A stretch of DNA of 64,000 bases from an uncultured Candidatus Saccharibacteria bacterium (lineage in GTDB: Bacteria; Patescibacteriota; UBA1384; JACPKC01): positions 24,156 to 88,155 of the forward strand of contig CAYRGD010000001.1 of the NCBI GenBank assembly GCA_964423885.1, given 5' to 3'. Below the pieces are notes generated by a model. The model was given only the letters and a program-made list of their open reading frames with translations. It was not told the DNA's origin and searched no databases. A program made the position numbers and the translations under genes. Of the stretch, positions 20,114 to 29,206 are shown piece after piece (within the stretch, counting starts at the first letter, position 1; each line of letters opens with the position of its first letter).

Positions 20114-21792
20114 CCTGGTACCTGCCTGCGCTCCGGGCCGCGGTCGCGGACGCGCTCGGGCCGTCGTTCACGGTGACCGACGACGTACCGGCTACCAAGC
20201 CGGCCTGGCTCGCCATTCCATGCTTTGCCGACGCGAAGCAGCGGGGCGTGACGCCGGCTGAAGCCGCCGCTGCCGTTGCCGACAGGCTGCGGCAGGCGTT
20301 CCCAGACCTCACCGTCGAGACGGAAGGGGGGTTCGTGAATCTCCGACCCGGCCCGAACGCCTTGGCGGCGGTGCTTACCGAGGCGCAGCAGCGCGCATAC
20401 GGAGCAAACGACCTGCACCGCGGCAAGACCGTAGTCGTCGAGTTCTCGGCGCCCAATATCGCCAAGCCGATGGGCGTCGGCCACCTGCGCAGCACGGTCA
20501 TCGGCGACGCGTTGCAGCGGCTCTACGCGACGCAAGGATATGCTGTCCATGCGGTGAACCACCTGGGCGATTGGGGAACCGGCTTCGGCAACCTGATGGC
20601 CGCGTACCAGCGCCAGTACGGCGACCTCGTCCCTCGGCCCGAGATCACGATCACCGACCTATTAGCGCTCTACGTCGGGTTCAACGCCCAACTGGAGCAG
20701 GACGATTCCTTGCGCACGCTCGGCAGGGACCTGTTCGCCCGGCTCGAGCAGGGCGACCCGGCCGTGGTGGCACTGTGGCAGGCGTTCGTCTCCCTGTCGC
20801 TTGATGAGTTCCGCGGGATGTACGGGCGGCTCCATATCACGTTCGACGACCCCGACGCAGGGGAAAGCCGGTACCAGCCGTTGGTCGCGCCGCTCGTCGA
20901 GCGGGCACTGGCCGACGGAACCGCCCGGGAAAGCGACGGGGCGGTGATCATCCCGATCCCCCACGAACCGGCGCCGCTCCTGCTGCGCAAGGCCGACGGC
21001 AGCACGATCTACGGCGCCCGCGACCTGGCCGCCATCGAGTACCGCCAGGCGCAGTACCATCCCGACGCCATCGTCTACGTCGTCGCCAACGAACAGGCGC
21101 TCCACTTCCGCCAGGTCTTCGCCGCCGCCCGGGCGCTCAAGCTTGTGCCGGATACGACGGAACTGCTCCATGTGAAGTTCGGCTTGGTCCGGACAGCCGA
21201 AGGCAAAATGAGTACCCGCAAGGGCACCTTGGTGGTATTGAACGACCTGCTCGACCAGGCGGTCGCGAAGGCGGGCGAGCTGCTCGGCGACCGTCTTGCC
21301 GACCTGCCGGCAACGGAGCGGGCGGCAACGGCCGAACGGTTGGGCATCGGCGCGGTCAAGTTCCTTGATCTGTCGCACGACCGCCAGCATGACATCGTGT
21401 TCGACTGGGATCGGGCGCTCTCGCTCACGGGCGATAGCGCACCCTATCTCATGTACGCGCACGTGCGGGCGAGTAACATCCTTATGAAACTCGGTGCTGC
21501 GGACAGTACGGTCGCTGGCAACGAGGCGTATCTGCCGCATGCCACGCTTATCCGCCACCTGGCCCGGTACCCGCTCGTTCTCACCCAAGCGACTGCCGAA
21601 CAGGCGCCGCACGTCGTGGCGCAGTACCTGTCGCAATTGGCTGCGCAGTTCAATGGCTTCTACGAACAGTACCCGGTCGCATCGGCGGCAGGGGATGAAC
21701 AGGCTGCACGGGCCCACGTGGTGGCTGCTGTCCGCTCGGTCCTTGCGCACGGACTCGCGATCCTCGGCATCGAGACCGTCGGGTCGATGTAA
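20110..21792 (+). CDS. argS: Arginine--tRNA ligase
   Basis: VEFSAPNIAKPMGVGHLRST, NHLGDWG, KMSTRKG, YLMYAHVR and a C-terminal Met. Start overlaps the tyrS stop. Confidence 0.95.
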   Translation: MTWYLPALRAAVADALGPSFTVTDDVPATKPAWLAIPCFADAKQRGVTPAEAAAAVADRLRQAFPDLTVETEGGFVNLRPGPNALAAVLTEAQQRAYGANDLHRGKTVVVEFSAPNIAKPMGVGHLRSTVIGDALQRLYATQGYAVHAVNHLGDWGTGFGNLMAAYQRQYGDLVPRPEITITDLLALYVGFNAQLEQDDSLRTLGRDLFARLEQGDPAVVALWQAFVSLSLDEFRGMYGRLHITFDDPDAGESRYQPLVAPLVERALADGTARESDGAVIIPIPHEPAPLLLRKADGSTIYGARDLAAIEYRQAQYHPDAIVYVVANEQALHFRQVFAAARALKLVPDTTELLHVKFGLVRTAEGKMSTRKGTLVVLNDLLDQAVAKAGELLGDRLADLPATERAATAERLGIGAVKFLDLSHDRQHDIVFDWDRALSLTGDSAPYLMYAHVRASNILMKLGAADSTVAGNEAYLPHATLIRHLARYPLVLTQATAEQAPHVVAQYLSQLAAQFNGFYEQYPVASAAGDEQAARAHVVAAVRSVLAHGLAILGIETVGSM

Positions 21793-21793
21793 G

Positions 21794-24055
21794 TTAGAAC
21801 GAGGCTTTGAGCAGCTTGCCGCTTGCCAGGATGTAGGCGGTCTTGTGCGGCTCGTCTACCGCGGCATCGTCGATGTCCGTCAGATCGTCGAACGCATACT
21901 GCCCCGAGAACTGGCCGGATTTGGCGTATGCGAGCATCCGGCCGCCGTCGAGCAGGAACAGGGTGTTGCTGTCGGTAGTGGTCAGGAGCCGTTTGGGCGC
22001 GGTGAGTTCGCTCGTGGGCGCCGGCGCGCCGCCAAGCGCGAAGCTATCGGCCTTGCCGCGGTTGAGGCGGGTGACCGTGCCGTCGCGGCTAAGGACGTAC
22101 ACCTGGCCGTCGATCGCGAGGTCGACGGCGTCGGCTACGTCGGTGCTGTCGGCAAGGTAGGCGTCGGCGGCACCGAACCCGGTCTTGGTCGAGCTGTACT
22201 TCCAGATTTGCGTACCCGCGGTGTCTAGTACGTACAGGTTGCCTAGGAACGCGGCCAGACCGGTACCGGTGCGTGCGGTGCCGCCCGCGTCGACAGCGGT
22301 GAGCGTCCCGTCGGCCGCGACGGTCGCGAGACCTGTGTCGGTCAAGATTGCTGCCGCGTCGTCGAGCGCGGCGACGGCGGCGATGCGCCGGCCGCCCAAG
22401 TCGACTGTGCGCGGGGTACCGCCGCCCAATGGCACGACCGTCAGCGACGTCCCGTTCTTGCCCACGACCGCCGCGTTGTCGCCGAAGACGGCCAGCCGTG
22501 CCGCATCGGGTATCGAGGCGACCTCGGTCAGGTTCGTGAGCCGCGTTGTTTTGGTGAGCGCGTCGAGTTCGCCGGTCGCTTTGGTTTGCAGCTCTGCCGC
22601 CTCGCGTTCGACCACGGTGTTGCGCAGCGCCGGCAGGCCGTCGAGCACGGTCTTGAGCGCCGCTTGCGCCTTATCCGGCTGGTTGAAAACGCGGGCCAGG
22701 CGGGCTTCCTCGAGTTTGTCCGCGAGCGTCTGGAGTTCGACGCCGAGCGTCTGGCGCGACTGCTCGGTCGACCGCTGCCGGGTGATAACCCGCAGGTTGG
22801 AGATGAGAATGACCAGCAGCACCAGTGCGACCAGGCCGAACCCGACCGAGCGCCAATCGATGCGCCGGGCGGCTGAGTTTGTCTGTGCTTTGGCCGCCCC
22901 AAGGAGCCGCCGGTGCCAGGGCTCGGCGGCCGGCGCCGGGGGAGCTGCCGTGTAGTCGGTGATCACAGGGCCGCTGCCGGTAGATTCGGGTTCGTCGGCC
23001 AGGCCGGCGTAGTCACGGATCGCGAACACCGGCTTGCCGATCAGGTTTTCGGGCTCGTCCTTGGCAGGTGGCATTGGCGCGGCAGCGCGGCGTTCTTTCA
23101 GCTGCCGGATGAGATCGGCGGCGGCGGCTTTCCCGGCCCGGGCATGTTTGCCGACTGCGGGTATCACCGTCGTCCGCACGTGGTGCGACTTGGCCTGCGT
23201 CCATGCCTTGGCTTGTTCAAGGAGCGCGGCGGCGTCGAGCTTGGGTGCCGCGGCCACCGTGTCCGAGGCCGACGCGGTACCTGCGCGCTTGGCTGGAACG
23301 ACGTACCGCTTGGCCGTACCGATGAACCGGTCGATCTGGCTGCGCACGCCACCCAATCCGCCGCCGTGGTCGACCACGGCGTCAGGCAGCAGCTCGGCGG
23401 CCGCGTCGATGTAGAGGCAGTTCACCCAGCCGCCCCGCTTGGCGGCAAGGAGCGACGACAGGCCGCTCACCGCTTCGGCGGGCGTGGGCGCAGCCAAGGT
23501 GTGTTCGATCTCGACCGGCGTCAGGAGCTGGGATAGGCCGGAACTGGCGATCAGCAGCCGGTCGGCCGGTTCGACGGTACCGGACAGCACGGTGCCGAAG
23601 ACCTTGCCCGGTGCGGCCGGCGGTTCGTCGCCGTCGAGCATCGGCGAGCCGTGGTCGTCGCGGAGCAGCGTCGCCGTCACCTGGCCCGACGCCGCGATAT
23701 GGACGGCGTCGCCCACCAGCAACACGACCGCCGCGTTCACGTGCCCGATCCAGTCGGTGTTGCCGGTGTGGCTCGCGGCCGTGAGCGTCTCGTTGACGCG
23801 CTTCAAGGCGGTTTCAAAATTCAGCAGCGGGTCGCTCGCGCCGGCGCGGTAGTAGTGGCGGGCGACGGTATTGATGATCGTCTGGCCGACCTGGGCGTTT
23901 GACTGCCACGAGCCCTCAATTTCGACGAGCGCGCAGATCCGGCCCGCCTCGGCGTGTTCCTGTGACGGCGGCTCCTTGATCTGGACCGTCAGGTAGCGGT
24001 CGGACAGCCGGGCGTCCGTACTGATTCGAATCGCGCGCAATCCCTGCGTAGGCAT
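21794..24055 (-). CDS. Membrane protein: degenerate PP2C-like N-terminal domain, TM/coiled coil and C-terminal beta-propeller
   Basis: N-terminal alpha/beta region (DRLLIASSGL), central TM helix, and NLYVLD...IWKY and DLAIDGQVYVL blade-like repeats. Confidence 0.7.
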   Translation of the reverse strand: MPTQGLRAIRISTDARLSDRYLTVQIKEPPSQEHAEAGRICALVEIEGSWQSNAQVGQTIINTVARHYYRAGASDPLLNFETALKRVNETLTAASHTGNTDWIGHVNAAVVLLVGDAVHIAASGQVTATLLRDDHGSPMLDGDEPPAAPGKVFGTVLSGTVEPADRLLIASSGLSQLLTPVEIEHTLAAPTPAEAVSGLSSLLAAKRGGWVNCLYIDAAAELLPDAVVDHGGGLGGVRSQIDRFIGTAKRYVVPAKRAGTASASDTVAAAPKLDAAALLEQAKAWTQAKSHHVRTTVIPAVGKHARAGKAAAADLIRQLKERRAAAPMPPAKDEPENLIGKPVFAIRDYAGLADEPESTGSGPVITDYTAAPPAPAAEPWHRRLLGAAKAQTNSAARRIDWRSVGFGLVALVLLVILISNLRVITRQRSTEQSRQTLGVELQTLADKLEEARLARVFNQPDKAQAALKTVLDGLPALRNTVVEREAAELQTKATGELDALTKTTRLTNLTEVASIPDAARLAVFGDNAAVVGKNGTSLTVVPLGGGTPRTVDLGGRRIAAVAALDDAAAILTDTGLATVAADGTLTAVDAGGTARTGTGLAAFLGNLYVLDTAGTQIWKYSSTKTGFGAADAYLADSTDVADAVDLAIDGQVYVLSRDGTVTRLNRGKADSFALGGAPAPTSELTAPKRLLTTTDSNTLFLLDGGRMLAYAKSGQFSGQYAFDDLTDIDDAAVDEPHKTAYILASGKLLKASF

Positions 24056-24125
24056 ATCGATACCGAAACCCCCTCCCGACGGCTGCAGTCCACCTACCGT
24101 ATCATAAATCGTCCGTTCATGGTTC

Positions 24126-24203
24126 TGGTCGGGGTGGGCGGATTTGAACCGCCGGTCTCCAGACCCCCAGCCTGGCGCATTAGGCCAACTATGCTACACC
24201 CCG
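24126..24203 (-). tRNA. tRNA-Pro(GGG)
   Basis: Reverse complement CGGGGTGTAGCATAGTTGGCCTAATGCGCCAGGCT-GGG-GGTCTGG...GGTTCAAATCC...CCCCGACCA forms a cloverleaf with encoded CCA. Confidence 0.95.
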
Positions 24204-24212
24204 TTGCACCGG

Positions 24213-24812
24213 TCATCCTCCCATAATCCGGGCGGCAAGGGTAGAGGCCGCACCCGCGAGCCAGCCGCCGAGCGGCGTCAGTTGCAGGGCCAGCACCGTG
24301 CCGATGAGCAGCATCGGGCCCGACCGCTCAAGGTCGCGGAAGGCGTCCGGCCCGATAATGGGCTGCAACAGTTTCGAGCCGTCGAGCGGCGGAACGGGCA
24401 GCAGGTTAAAGCATGCGAGCGAGACGTTCAGATAGATGAAGAATGCCCCCAACGGCGCGATCCCCGGCACGGCACGGATGACAAGGCCGGCGATGATCGC
24501 CAGTACCAGGTTGCTCGCCGGGCCTGCTAGGGCAACCAGCAGCTCGTCGGTCACCGGCCGCGCGAAGTTGCGAGGGTCGACCGGTACCGGCCGGCCCCAG
24601 CCGAACCCGACGACGAGCAGCATGACGCTGCCGAACGGATCGAGGTGGGCGAGGGGATTGAGGCTCACCCGGCCCAGGTGCCGGGCTGTCGGGTCGCCCA
24701 GCCGGTCGGCGACGAACGCGTGGCAGCATTCGTGGACCGTGACGGCGATCACGAGCGAGGCCAGGAACACCAGAACGGCGAGCGGGTCGCGGAAGGCGTC
24801 GGCAAGGAGCAT
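24213..24812 (-). CDS. Site-2 protease family (M50) membrane metalloprotease
   Basis: HECCH, GDPTA, NPLAHLDP, AGPASN and FNLLPVPPLDG motifs; start taken at ATG 24812. Confidence 0.93.
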   Translation of the reverse strand: MLLADAFRDPLAVLVFLASLVIAVTVHECCHAFVADRLGDPTARHLGRVSLNPLAHLDPFGSVMLLVVGFGWGRPVPVDPRNFARPVTDELLVALAGPASNLVLAIIAGLVIRAVPGIAPLGAFFIYLNVSLACFNLLPVPPLDGSKLLQPIIGPDAFRDLERSGPMLLIGTVLALQLTPLGGWLAGAASTLAARIMGG

Positions 24813-24854
24813 AGAGGCTTGCGGCAAGCGCGGTTTCTCGGTACAGTATCGCAC

Positions 24855-25040
24855 ATGCACGTCACCCATCTCAAGCAACCCAAGAACTGGTTCTGCGCGT
24901 TCTGCGGCAAGGGCACGGTTTCGTCGCTCCGCCGCTCGCACTCGTTCCGCGGTACCAAGCGGACCGCCTGGGGCAACCTGCAGCCGTACAAGTACGGCCT
25001 GCGGATCTGCACCCGCTGCAACAAGAAAGCGCCCCGGTAA
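24855..25040 (+). CDS. rpmB: 50S ribosomal protein L28 (short, zinc-binding type)
   Basis: CAFCGK...RSHS...TKR...NLQ...ICTRC pattern typical of bL28; 61 aa. Confidence 0.8.
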   Translation: MHVTHLKQPKNWFCAFCGKGTVSSLRRSHSFRGTKRTAWGNLQPYKYGLRICTRCNKKAPR

Positions 25041-25057
25041 TCCGAGGCGCTTTTCTT
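25023..25057. terminator. Probable bidirectional intrinsic terminator between convergent rpmB and the zinc-ribbon gene
   Basis: AAGAAAGCGCC...GGCGCTTTTCTT inverted repeat with T-tracts on both strands. Confidence 0.65.
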
Positions 25058-25074
25058 ACGCTGCGGTGCTGCGG

Positions 25075-25434
25075 TTAGGCAGCGGCCGCGGTGTCGTCGC
25101 CGGTATCCGGCGTGACCGCTGCGTCAGTCGACGCGGCCGGCTGGGCGCCGTTCCGCTGCGCGACAAAACAGTCGCGGCAGAGGACGTCGTCACGGACCGG
25201 CTGGAAGGGAACTTCCGACTGCTTGCCACAGCTGGCGCAGGTGATCGGATGCATCTTCCGTTCGCCGCCGAAGTTACCGCCGCCGGCTTGCGCCTGCCCG
25301 GCCTTCTTCTTGGCGCGGCAATCCTTGCAGCGGGTGGGAGCACTCAAGCCCTTCTGGGCATAGAAGCTCTGCTCACCGGCGGTCCAGGTAAACGCCTGGC
25401 CGCAGTCGCGACAGGTCAGTTGCTGATCTTGCAT
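25075..25434 (-). CDS. Zinc-ribbon plus CxxC-x17-CxxC domain protein
   Basis: DQQLTCRDCGQAFTWTAGEQSFY...PTRCKDCR, then CASCG...VPFQP...VLCRDCF. Confidence 0.88.
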   Translation of the reverse strand: MQDQQLTCRDCGQAFTWTAGEQSFYAQKGLSAPTRCKDCRAKKKAGQAQAGGGNFGGERKMHPITCASCGKQSEVPFQPVRDDVLCRDCFVAQRNGAQPAASTDAAVTPDTGDDTAAAA

Positions 25435-25504
25435 ACTACCTCGTAGTTGGAACCTTTTATACTGCTCTCAGCGACGACCTAGTTCACGCTGCGAGTTCGG
25501 CACC

Positions 25505-25533
25505 AGATTACAGGGAAAGGCGCCGGTTGTCAA
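25505..25533 (-). promoter_or_regulatory. Sigma70-like promoter for the zinc-ribbon gene
   Basis: Minus strand reads TTGACA-17 bp-TAATCT. Confidence 0.6.
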
Positions 25534-25562
25534 TCTGGAAGGCGCCTGCTAGCATCCGACCC

Positions 25563-26210
25563 ATGATGTTCGACCGCCTCGACCGGGCCATGCAGCCGGG
25601 GACACGCCTGCAGCCGATCCTGGCTGTCGGCGGCGGCGAGCCGCTCTGGCGCGAGGCCGCGGCGCACGTGGCGGCGCACCTGGCAGTGACGCCCGCGGAC
25701 ACCGTCGAGCTCACCGAAGTGCCCTCGATCGCGCTCCTGCGCGAAACGCTCCAGCGGATCCAGCTGAAGCCGCTCCATGGTGCGCGGACGTTGGTCGCTG
25801 CCTTCCATCTCGACCGGTGGTCGCCCGAACTCATGAACACGGCGCTTAAAACTGTCGAGGAACCGCCAGCCCACGCCGCGATCCTGCTTTGCGCTGGTTC
25901 GAGCAGCCCGATCCTGCCCACCATCCTGTCGCGTGTCGGCGTCGTCCGTCTGCCGGCCCAGGCAACGCTCGCCGAGGTACCAGCGGCGCTCGGCGGCAGT
26001 GTCCGCGAGGCCTTCGCCGCCGCCCAGGCGCTCGCCGAGGGTGACGAGCCGCCGGTGTCGCTCATCGGTTCGTGGTCCGCCCAGGCGCCCACGCTGGCGG
26101 CCAAGCGGTCGCTCCTCGAGCTGGCGGCGACCGTCCGCGGTGCGCCGGTCAACAAGCGGCTGGCGCTCGAGACGGCCGCCCTGCTGTGGCGGAACGGGGC
26201 GCGCGCATGA
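25563..26210 (+). CDS. DNA polymerase III delta-prime-like subunit (degenerate)
   Basis: NTALKTVEEPP and ILPTILSR clamp-loader motifs; no Walker A motif or zinc finger. Confidence 0.65.
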   Translation: MMFDRLDRAMQPGTRLQPILAVGGGEPLWREAAAHVAAHLAVTPADTVELTEVPSIALLRETLQRIQLKPLHGARTLVAAFHLDRWSPELMNTALKTVEEPPAHAAILLCAGSSSPILPTILSRVGVVRLPAQATLAEVPAALGGSVREAFAAAQALAEGDEPPVSLIGSWSAQAPTLAAKRSLLELAATVRGAPVNKRLALETAALLWRNGARA

Positions 26211-26827
26211 TCGCCGAAATCATCCTGCTTATCGCGATCATCGGCATGTTCGTGATCGTCGCCCGGCGCCTGCCCGAGGCCCTGCGCGAAACCAAGCAGG
26301 GATCAGGCGCTGCCCACGTAGCCCAACCAGCGTCCCCGAAGGCGGCTTGGCGTTGGCCCTGGCAGCGCCGTGCCGACGCGGCACCGGCCCGCACCGCCGC
26401 CGCACCGACACCGGCCATACCCGTTGCCCAACCGGCACCGCCGTCGAACGAGCAGCAGCGCCAGACGCTGTTGTCCGACGAATCGTTCCTGCGCGAGGGC
26501 GACGACTACCTGAAAGCCGGTAAGCTCAAAGAAGCCGAGCGGGCGTACCTGCGCGGCGTCGCCAAGAATCCCAAGAACCCGCGGCTCTACAACCGGCTCG
26601 GCGCGATTTACTTGAAGCAGCGCAACTACCGCGACGCGCTCGAAGCGTTCGAGGCGGCCCGGGACTTCGACGGCTCGAAGGCCTCACGCCACTACAACGT
26701 GGCCTTGGCGGCCTGGCAGTTGGGGAACCTGTCGAAGGCGCGGGACGCGATCAGCCAGGCGATCGCCCTTGATCCCGGTTCGGCCAAGTACGCCGAGCTC
26801 CAAGACCAGATGGGGAAGCCGGCATGA
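26207..26827 (+). CDS. Membrane-anchored TPR protein
   Basis: N-terminal TM and three TPR-like repeats (LYNRLGAIY, RHYNVALAAW). Start overlaps the previous stop. Confidence 0.85.
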   Translation: MIAEIILLIAIIGMFVIVARRLPEALRETKQGSGAAHVAQPASPKAAWRWPWQRRADAAPARTAAAPTPAIPVAQPAPPSNEQQRQTLLSDESFLREGDDYLKAGKLKEAERAYLRGVAKNPKNPRLYNRLGAIYLKQRNYRDALEAFEAARDFDGSKASRHYNVALAAWQLGNLSKARDAISQAIALDPGSAKYAELQDQMGKPA

Positions 26828-27018
26828 GCAAGCTGGCCCGCAAACTCCACCCGGTCTTCCTGGTGGCCGCCGCGCTGACGCTTCTGTTGCCGATCGATCT
26901 CATTCCTGACACCATCCCGCTCGTCGGCTGGCTCGACGACCTGGCGGCCGTCGTCGTCCTCATCCAAGAGCTGCTCCGGGTTATCCGCAACCGGCGGTCA
27001 GTGACCGTCAAGGAGTAG
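26824..27018 (+). CDS. DUF1232/YkvA family small membrane protein
   Basis: PIDLIPDTIPLVGWLDDL signature. Confidence 0.85.
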   Translation: MSKLARKLHPVFLVAAALTLLLPIDLIPDTIPLVGWLDDLAAVVVLIQELLRVIRNRRSVTVKE

Positions 27019-27381
27019 CTGGCGGAGCGCAGTCGACAGGTTCGGCAGCGCCAGCAGTTCGGCGCGCGAGGCGTAGCGGACCACGTCGCATTCCTCGGGT
27101 GATTTCGGTGACGGCTCGCCGCCCTCGATCGTGGCGCCGAACCAAGTGAACTCATAGTCCGTGCCGTCTTGGGCGAACGTGATCGAGCCCAGGCTTTCGC
27201 CGACCTCGACGTCGATGCCCAACTCCTCGAACGCCTGCCGCGCCGCGGCTACCTCGGCCGGCTCGTCGTCTTCGAGCGCGCCGCCGGGCAGTTCCCACAC
27301 GTCCGCGCCGGGGCGGTGCATCACCAGGATCCGGCCCTGGCCGTCGGCGATAATGCAGCCTGCGAATCCGTGCGTATCCAT
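26998..27381 (-). CDS. NUDIX hydrolase (MutT-like)
   Basis: WELPGGALEDDEPAEVAAARQAFEELG Nudix box (RE replaced by RQ). Confidence 0.85.
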   Translation of the reverse strand: MDTHGFAGCIIADGQGRILVMHRPGADVWELPGGALEDDEPAEVAAARQAFEELGIDVEVGESLGSITFAQDGTDYEFTWFGATIEGGEPSPKSPEECDVVRYASRAELLALPNLSTALRQLLLDGH

Positions 27382-27429
27382 GCCGCTACTATAGCAAACC
27401 GCCATTCTTTGCTATACTCCCCGGGTACC

Positions 27430-27504
27430 GCCGCCTTAGCTCAGCGGTAGAGCAGCTGTTTTGTAAACAGCAGGTCGTCGGTTCAAATCCGTCAGGCGGC
27501 TCCA
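27430..27504 (+). tRNA. tRNA-Thr(TGT)
   Basis: GCCGCCTTAGCTCAGCGGTAGAGC...CTGTTT-TGT-AAACAG...GGTTCAAATCC...GGCGGCTCCA; one T-T mismatch in the T stem. Confidence 0.92.
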
Positions 27505-27507
27505 TGC

Positions 27508-27595
27508 GCTGGGGTACCCAAGCGGTCAACGGGGGCAGACTGTAAATCTGCTGGCCTATGCGCCTTCGTAGGTTCGAATCCTACCTCCAGCACCA
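27508..27595 (+). tRNA. tRNA-Tyr(GTA)
   Basis: GCAGACT-GTA-AATCTGC anticodon arm, long variable arm, GGTTCGAATCC and CCA end. Confidence 0.95.
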
Positions 27596-27618
27596 CTACA
27601 GCCGTGAACGGTCCATGC

Positions 27619-27693
27619 GCCCGAGTAGCTCAGGGGTAGAGCAACTCCATGGTAAGGAGTAGGTCAGGGGTTCAAGTCCCCTCTCGGGCTCCA
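27619..27693 (+). tRNA. tRNA-Thr(GGT)
   Basis: GCCCGAG/CTCGGGC acceptor stem, CTCCAT-GGT-AAGGAG anticodon arm and CCA end. Confidence 0.94.
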
Positions 27694-27712
27694 ACAGTCG
27701 AAAGGAACAGGT

Positions 27713-27898
27713 ATGGCGAAAAAGGGTAAGGTCCAGAAGTTCCACCTCACTTGCAGCGAATGCGGCGAGCGGAACTACGTGGCCAAGAAGAACACCGTCA
27801 ACGTGACCGGGAAACTGGCGCTGTCCAAGTACTGCGCGCGCTGCCGGCTCCACAAAGCGCACAACGAAACCAAGCTGCCGAACCCGAAGCCGCGCTGA
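27713..27898 (+). CDS. rpmG: 50S ribosomal protein L33
   Basis: CSECGERNY..KKN...LSKYCARC...HNE; located in the tRNA-Thr/rpmG/tRNA-Trp context. Confidence 0.95.
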   Translation: MAKKGKVQKFHLTCSECGERNYVAKKNTVNVTGKLALSKYCARCRLHKAHNETKLPNPKPR

Positions 27899-27929
27899 CG
27901 CACGCCGGTTTGGTATGCTGTGCGGGCAG

Positions 27930-28003
27930 GGGAGCTTGGTGAAGTGGCATCACGACGGTCTCCAAAACCGTGGTCGGGGGTTCGATTCCCTCAGCTCCTG
28001 CCA
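27930..28003 (+). tRNA. tRNA-Trp(CCA)
   Basis: GGGAGCT/AGCTCCT acceptor stem, ACGGTCT-CCA-AAACCGT anticodon arm, G73 and CCA end. Confidence 0.94.
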
Positions 28004-28026
28004 TCGTTATCGCTGAAAGAGGTCCG

Positions 28027-28548
28027 ATGCCGAGCGAGTTCTGGCTGACACCCGAACAAGCGGCCGCCGAAAGCGGCCGGTCGATGATCGCCATCCGCGC
28101 ACTCATCGAAACCACGCTTGAGCGCGACGGCACCAAGCACCTGTTGCAGGTGTTCGACAGCGCCGATAGCTACGAAACTGGCTATCTGCTCCATCGATCG
28201 CTTGTCACCGGCGCAGGGTTGGGCCAGGCCGACCCGAACGACGTGGTCGAACGGCTCACCGCCCGGATCGAGGAGCTCGAAGGCCAGCTCGAAGTCGAGC
28301 GGTTCCGGTCGGCCTCGCTGACGGCCAAGGCCGAGGCGACGCCCGTGCCGGTTCCAGCTCCCGTACCGGCACCCAAGCCTGTATCTGCCCCCGTAGCAGC
28401 GGCGCGCCCGGCCCCGCCCGCGCCCGAACAGGCGGGCGGGCCGTTCTGGCTCGTACTTGGTTTGATTATACTAATCACGTCCGTGATTATATTGTATATC
28501 CTGATCCGCCAAGGCTACCTGGCGGTATCGCTTGGTAAACCGGCCTGA
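28027..28548 (+). CDS. Hypothetical protein (HTH-like N-terminus, coiled coil, Pro-rich linker, C-terminal TM)
   Basis: ATG 28027 after GAGG; WLTPEQAAAESGRS resembles an HTH start; hydrophobic C-terminus. Confidence 0.65.
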   Translation: MPSEFWLTPEQAAAESGRSMIAIRALIETTLERDGTKHLLQVFDSADSYETGYLLHRSLVTGAGLGQADPNDVVERLTARIEELEGQLEVERFRSASLTAKAEATPVPVPAPVPAPKPVSAPVAAARPAPPAPEQAGGPFWLVLGLIILITSVIILYILIRQGYLAVSLGKPA

Positions 28549-28549
28549 T

Positions 28550-28578
28550 TTGACGAATAGTCCACGTTCGTGTATAGT
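28550..28578 (+). promoter_or_regulatory. Sigma70-like promoter
   Basis: TTGACG-17 bp-TATAGT, with an ACGAA...TTCGT inverted repeat overlapping the -35 box and spacer. Confidence 0.65.
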
Positions 28579-28586
28579 GTACGTAC

Positions 28587-29078
28587 ATGAACGGAGGGAT
28601 TATGGGGCACCAGGAACGGGCAGAAGGAATCGAAGCGGCGATCCGGCAGGCAGGGGACGCAGCGGCGTTGCGCGCAGCGCTCCAGGAATTATCAGATACG
28701 TCTCACGGACGTGAAAAATCACAGGCGTTGTACGAAGCTTACGGCCCGGCGCGGCTCGTGATGCTCACCTTGTCGGGCTACGAATCGCCCGACGCGCAGC
28801 GTCGGGCCGAGTCGGCCGGCGCGCTCGTATCGGTGGTAGCGGTGCTCGACAGCCTTGACGCCCCGCACCTTGCCGAACAGGTCTGGCTTATCCTGGCCGC
28901 GCAGCAGGACGTCTTGCTCCAGCGGATCGAAGACGACCTCGAAGCCTTGCAGACAGGGGAGCCGAGCCGCCGCCTCGACCGGGCGAAGCGCGAGCTGGCC
29001 GCCGCCCACAAACTTATCCGGACACGGGCCAACCAAGTCGTCAACGACTATCTGGCATTCTCGTATGGCCAAGCGTAG
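28587..29078 (+). CDS. Hypothetical all-helical protein
   Basis: ORF directly after the promoter; GGAGG RBS precedes an alternative ATG at 28602. Confidence 0.6.
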   Translation: MNGGIMGHQERAEGIEAAIRQAGDAAALRAALQELSDTSHGREKSQALYEAYGPARLVMLTLSGYESPDAQRRAESAGALVSVVAVLDSLDAPHLAEQVWLILAAQQDVLLQRIEDDLEALQTGEPSRRLDRAKRELAAAHKLIRTRANQVVNDYLAFSYGQA

Positions 29079-29151
29079 CTGGATCCGCGAACTCGTGATC
29101 GCGTACCTGCTCCACGTAGTGGTCACGCCGGTGGTCTAGCGGGGCGAATCT

Positions 29152-29189
29152 AAAAAAAACAACACCAGCCGTTTGGCTGGTGTTGTTGT
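29152..29189 (-). terminator. Intrinsic terminator of the PKD protein gene (possibly bidirectional)
   Basis: ACAACACCAGCC-GTTT-GGCTGGTGTTGT perfect hairpin next to an A8 run, which reads as a U-tract on the minus strand. Confidence 0.8.
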
Positions 29190-29206
29190 GTGGAGCAAGT
29201 GCCGAG

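Noticed and set aside
27476-27493. T-stem mismatch in tRNA-Thr(TGT) as a sign of a pseudo-tRNA or editing
   Set aside because: A single mismatch in an otherwise canonical cloverleaf with CCA is commonly tolerated.
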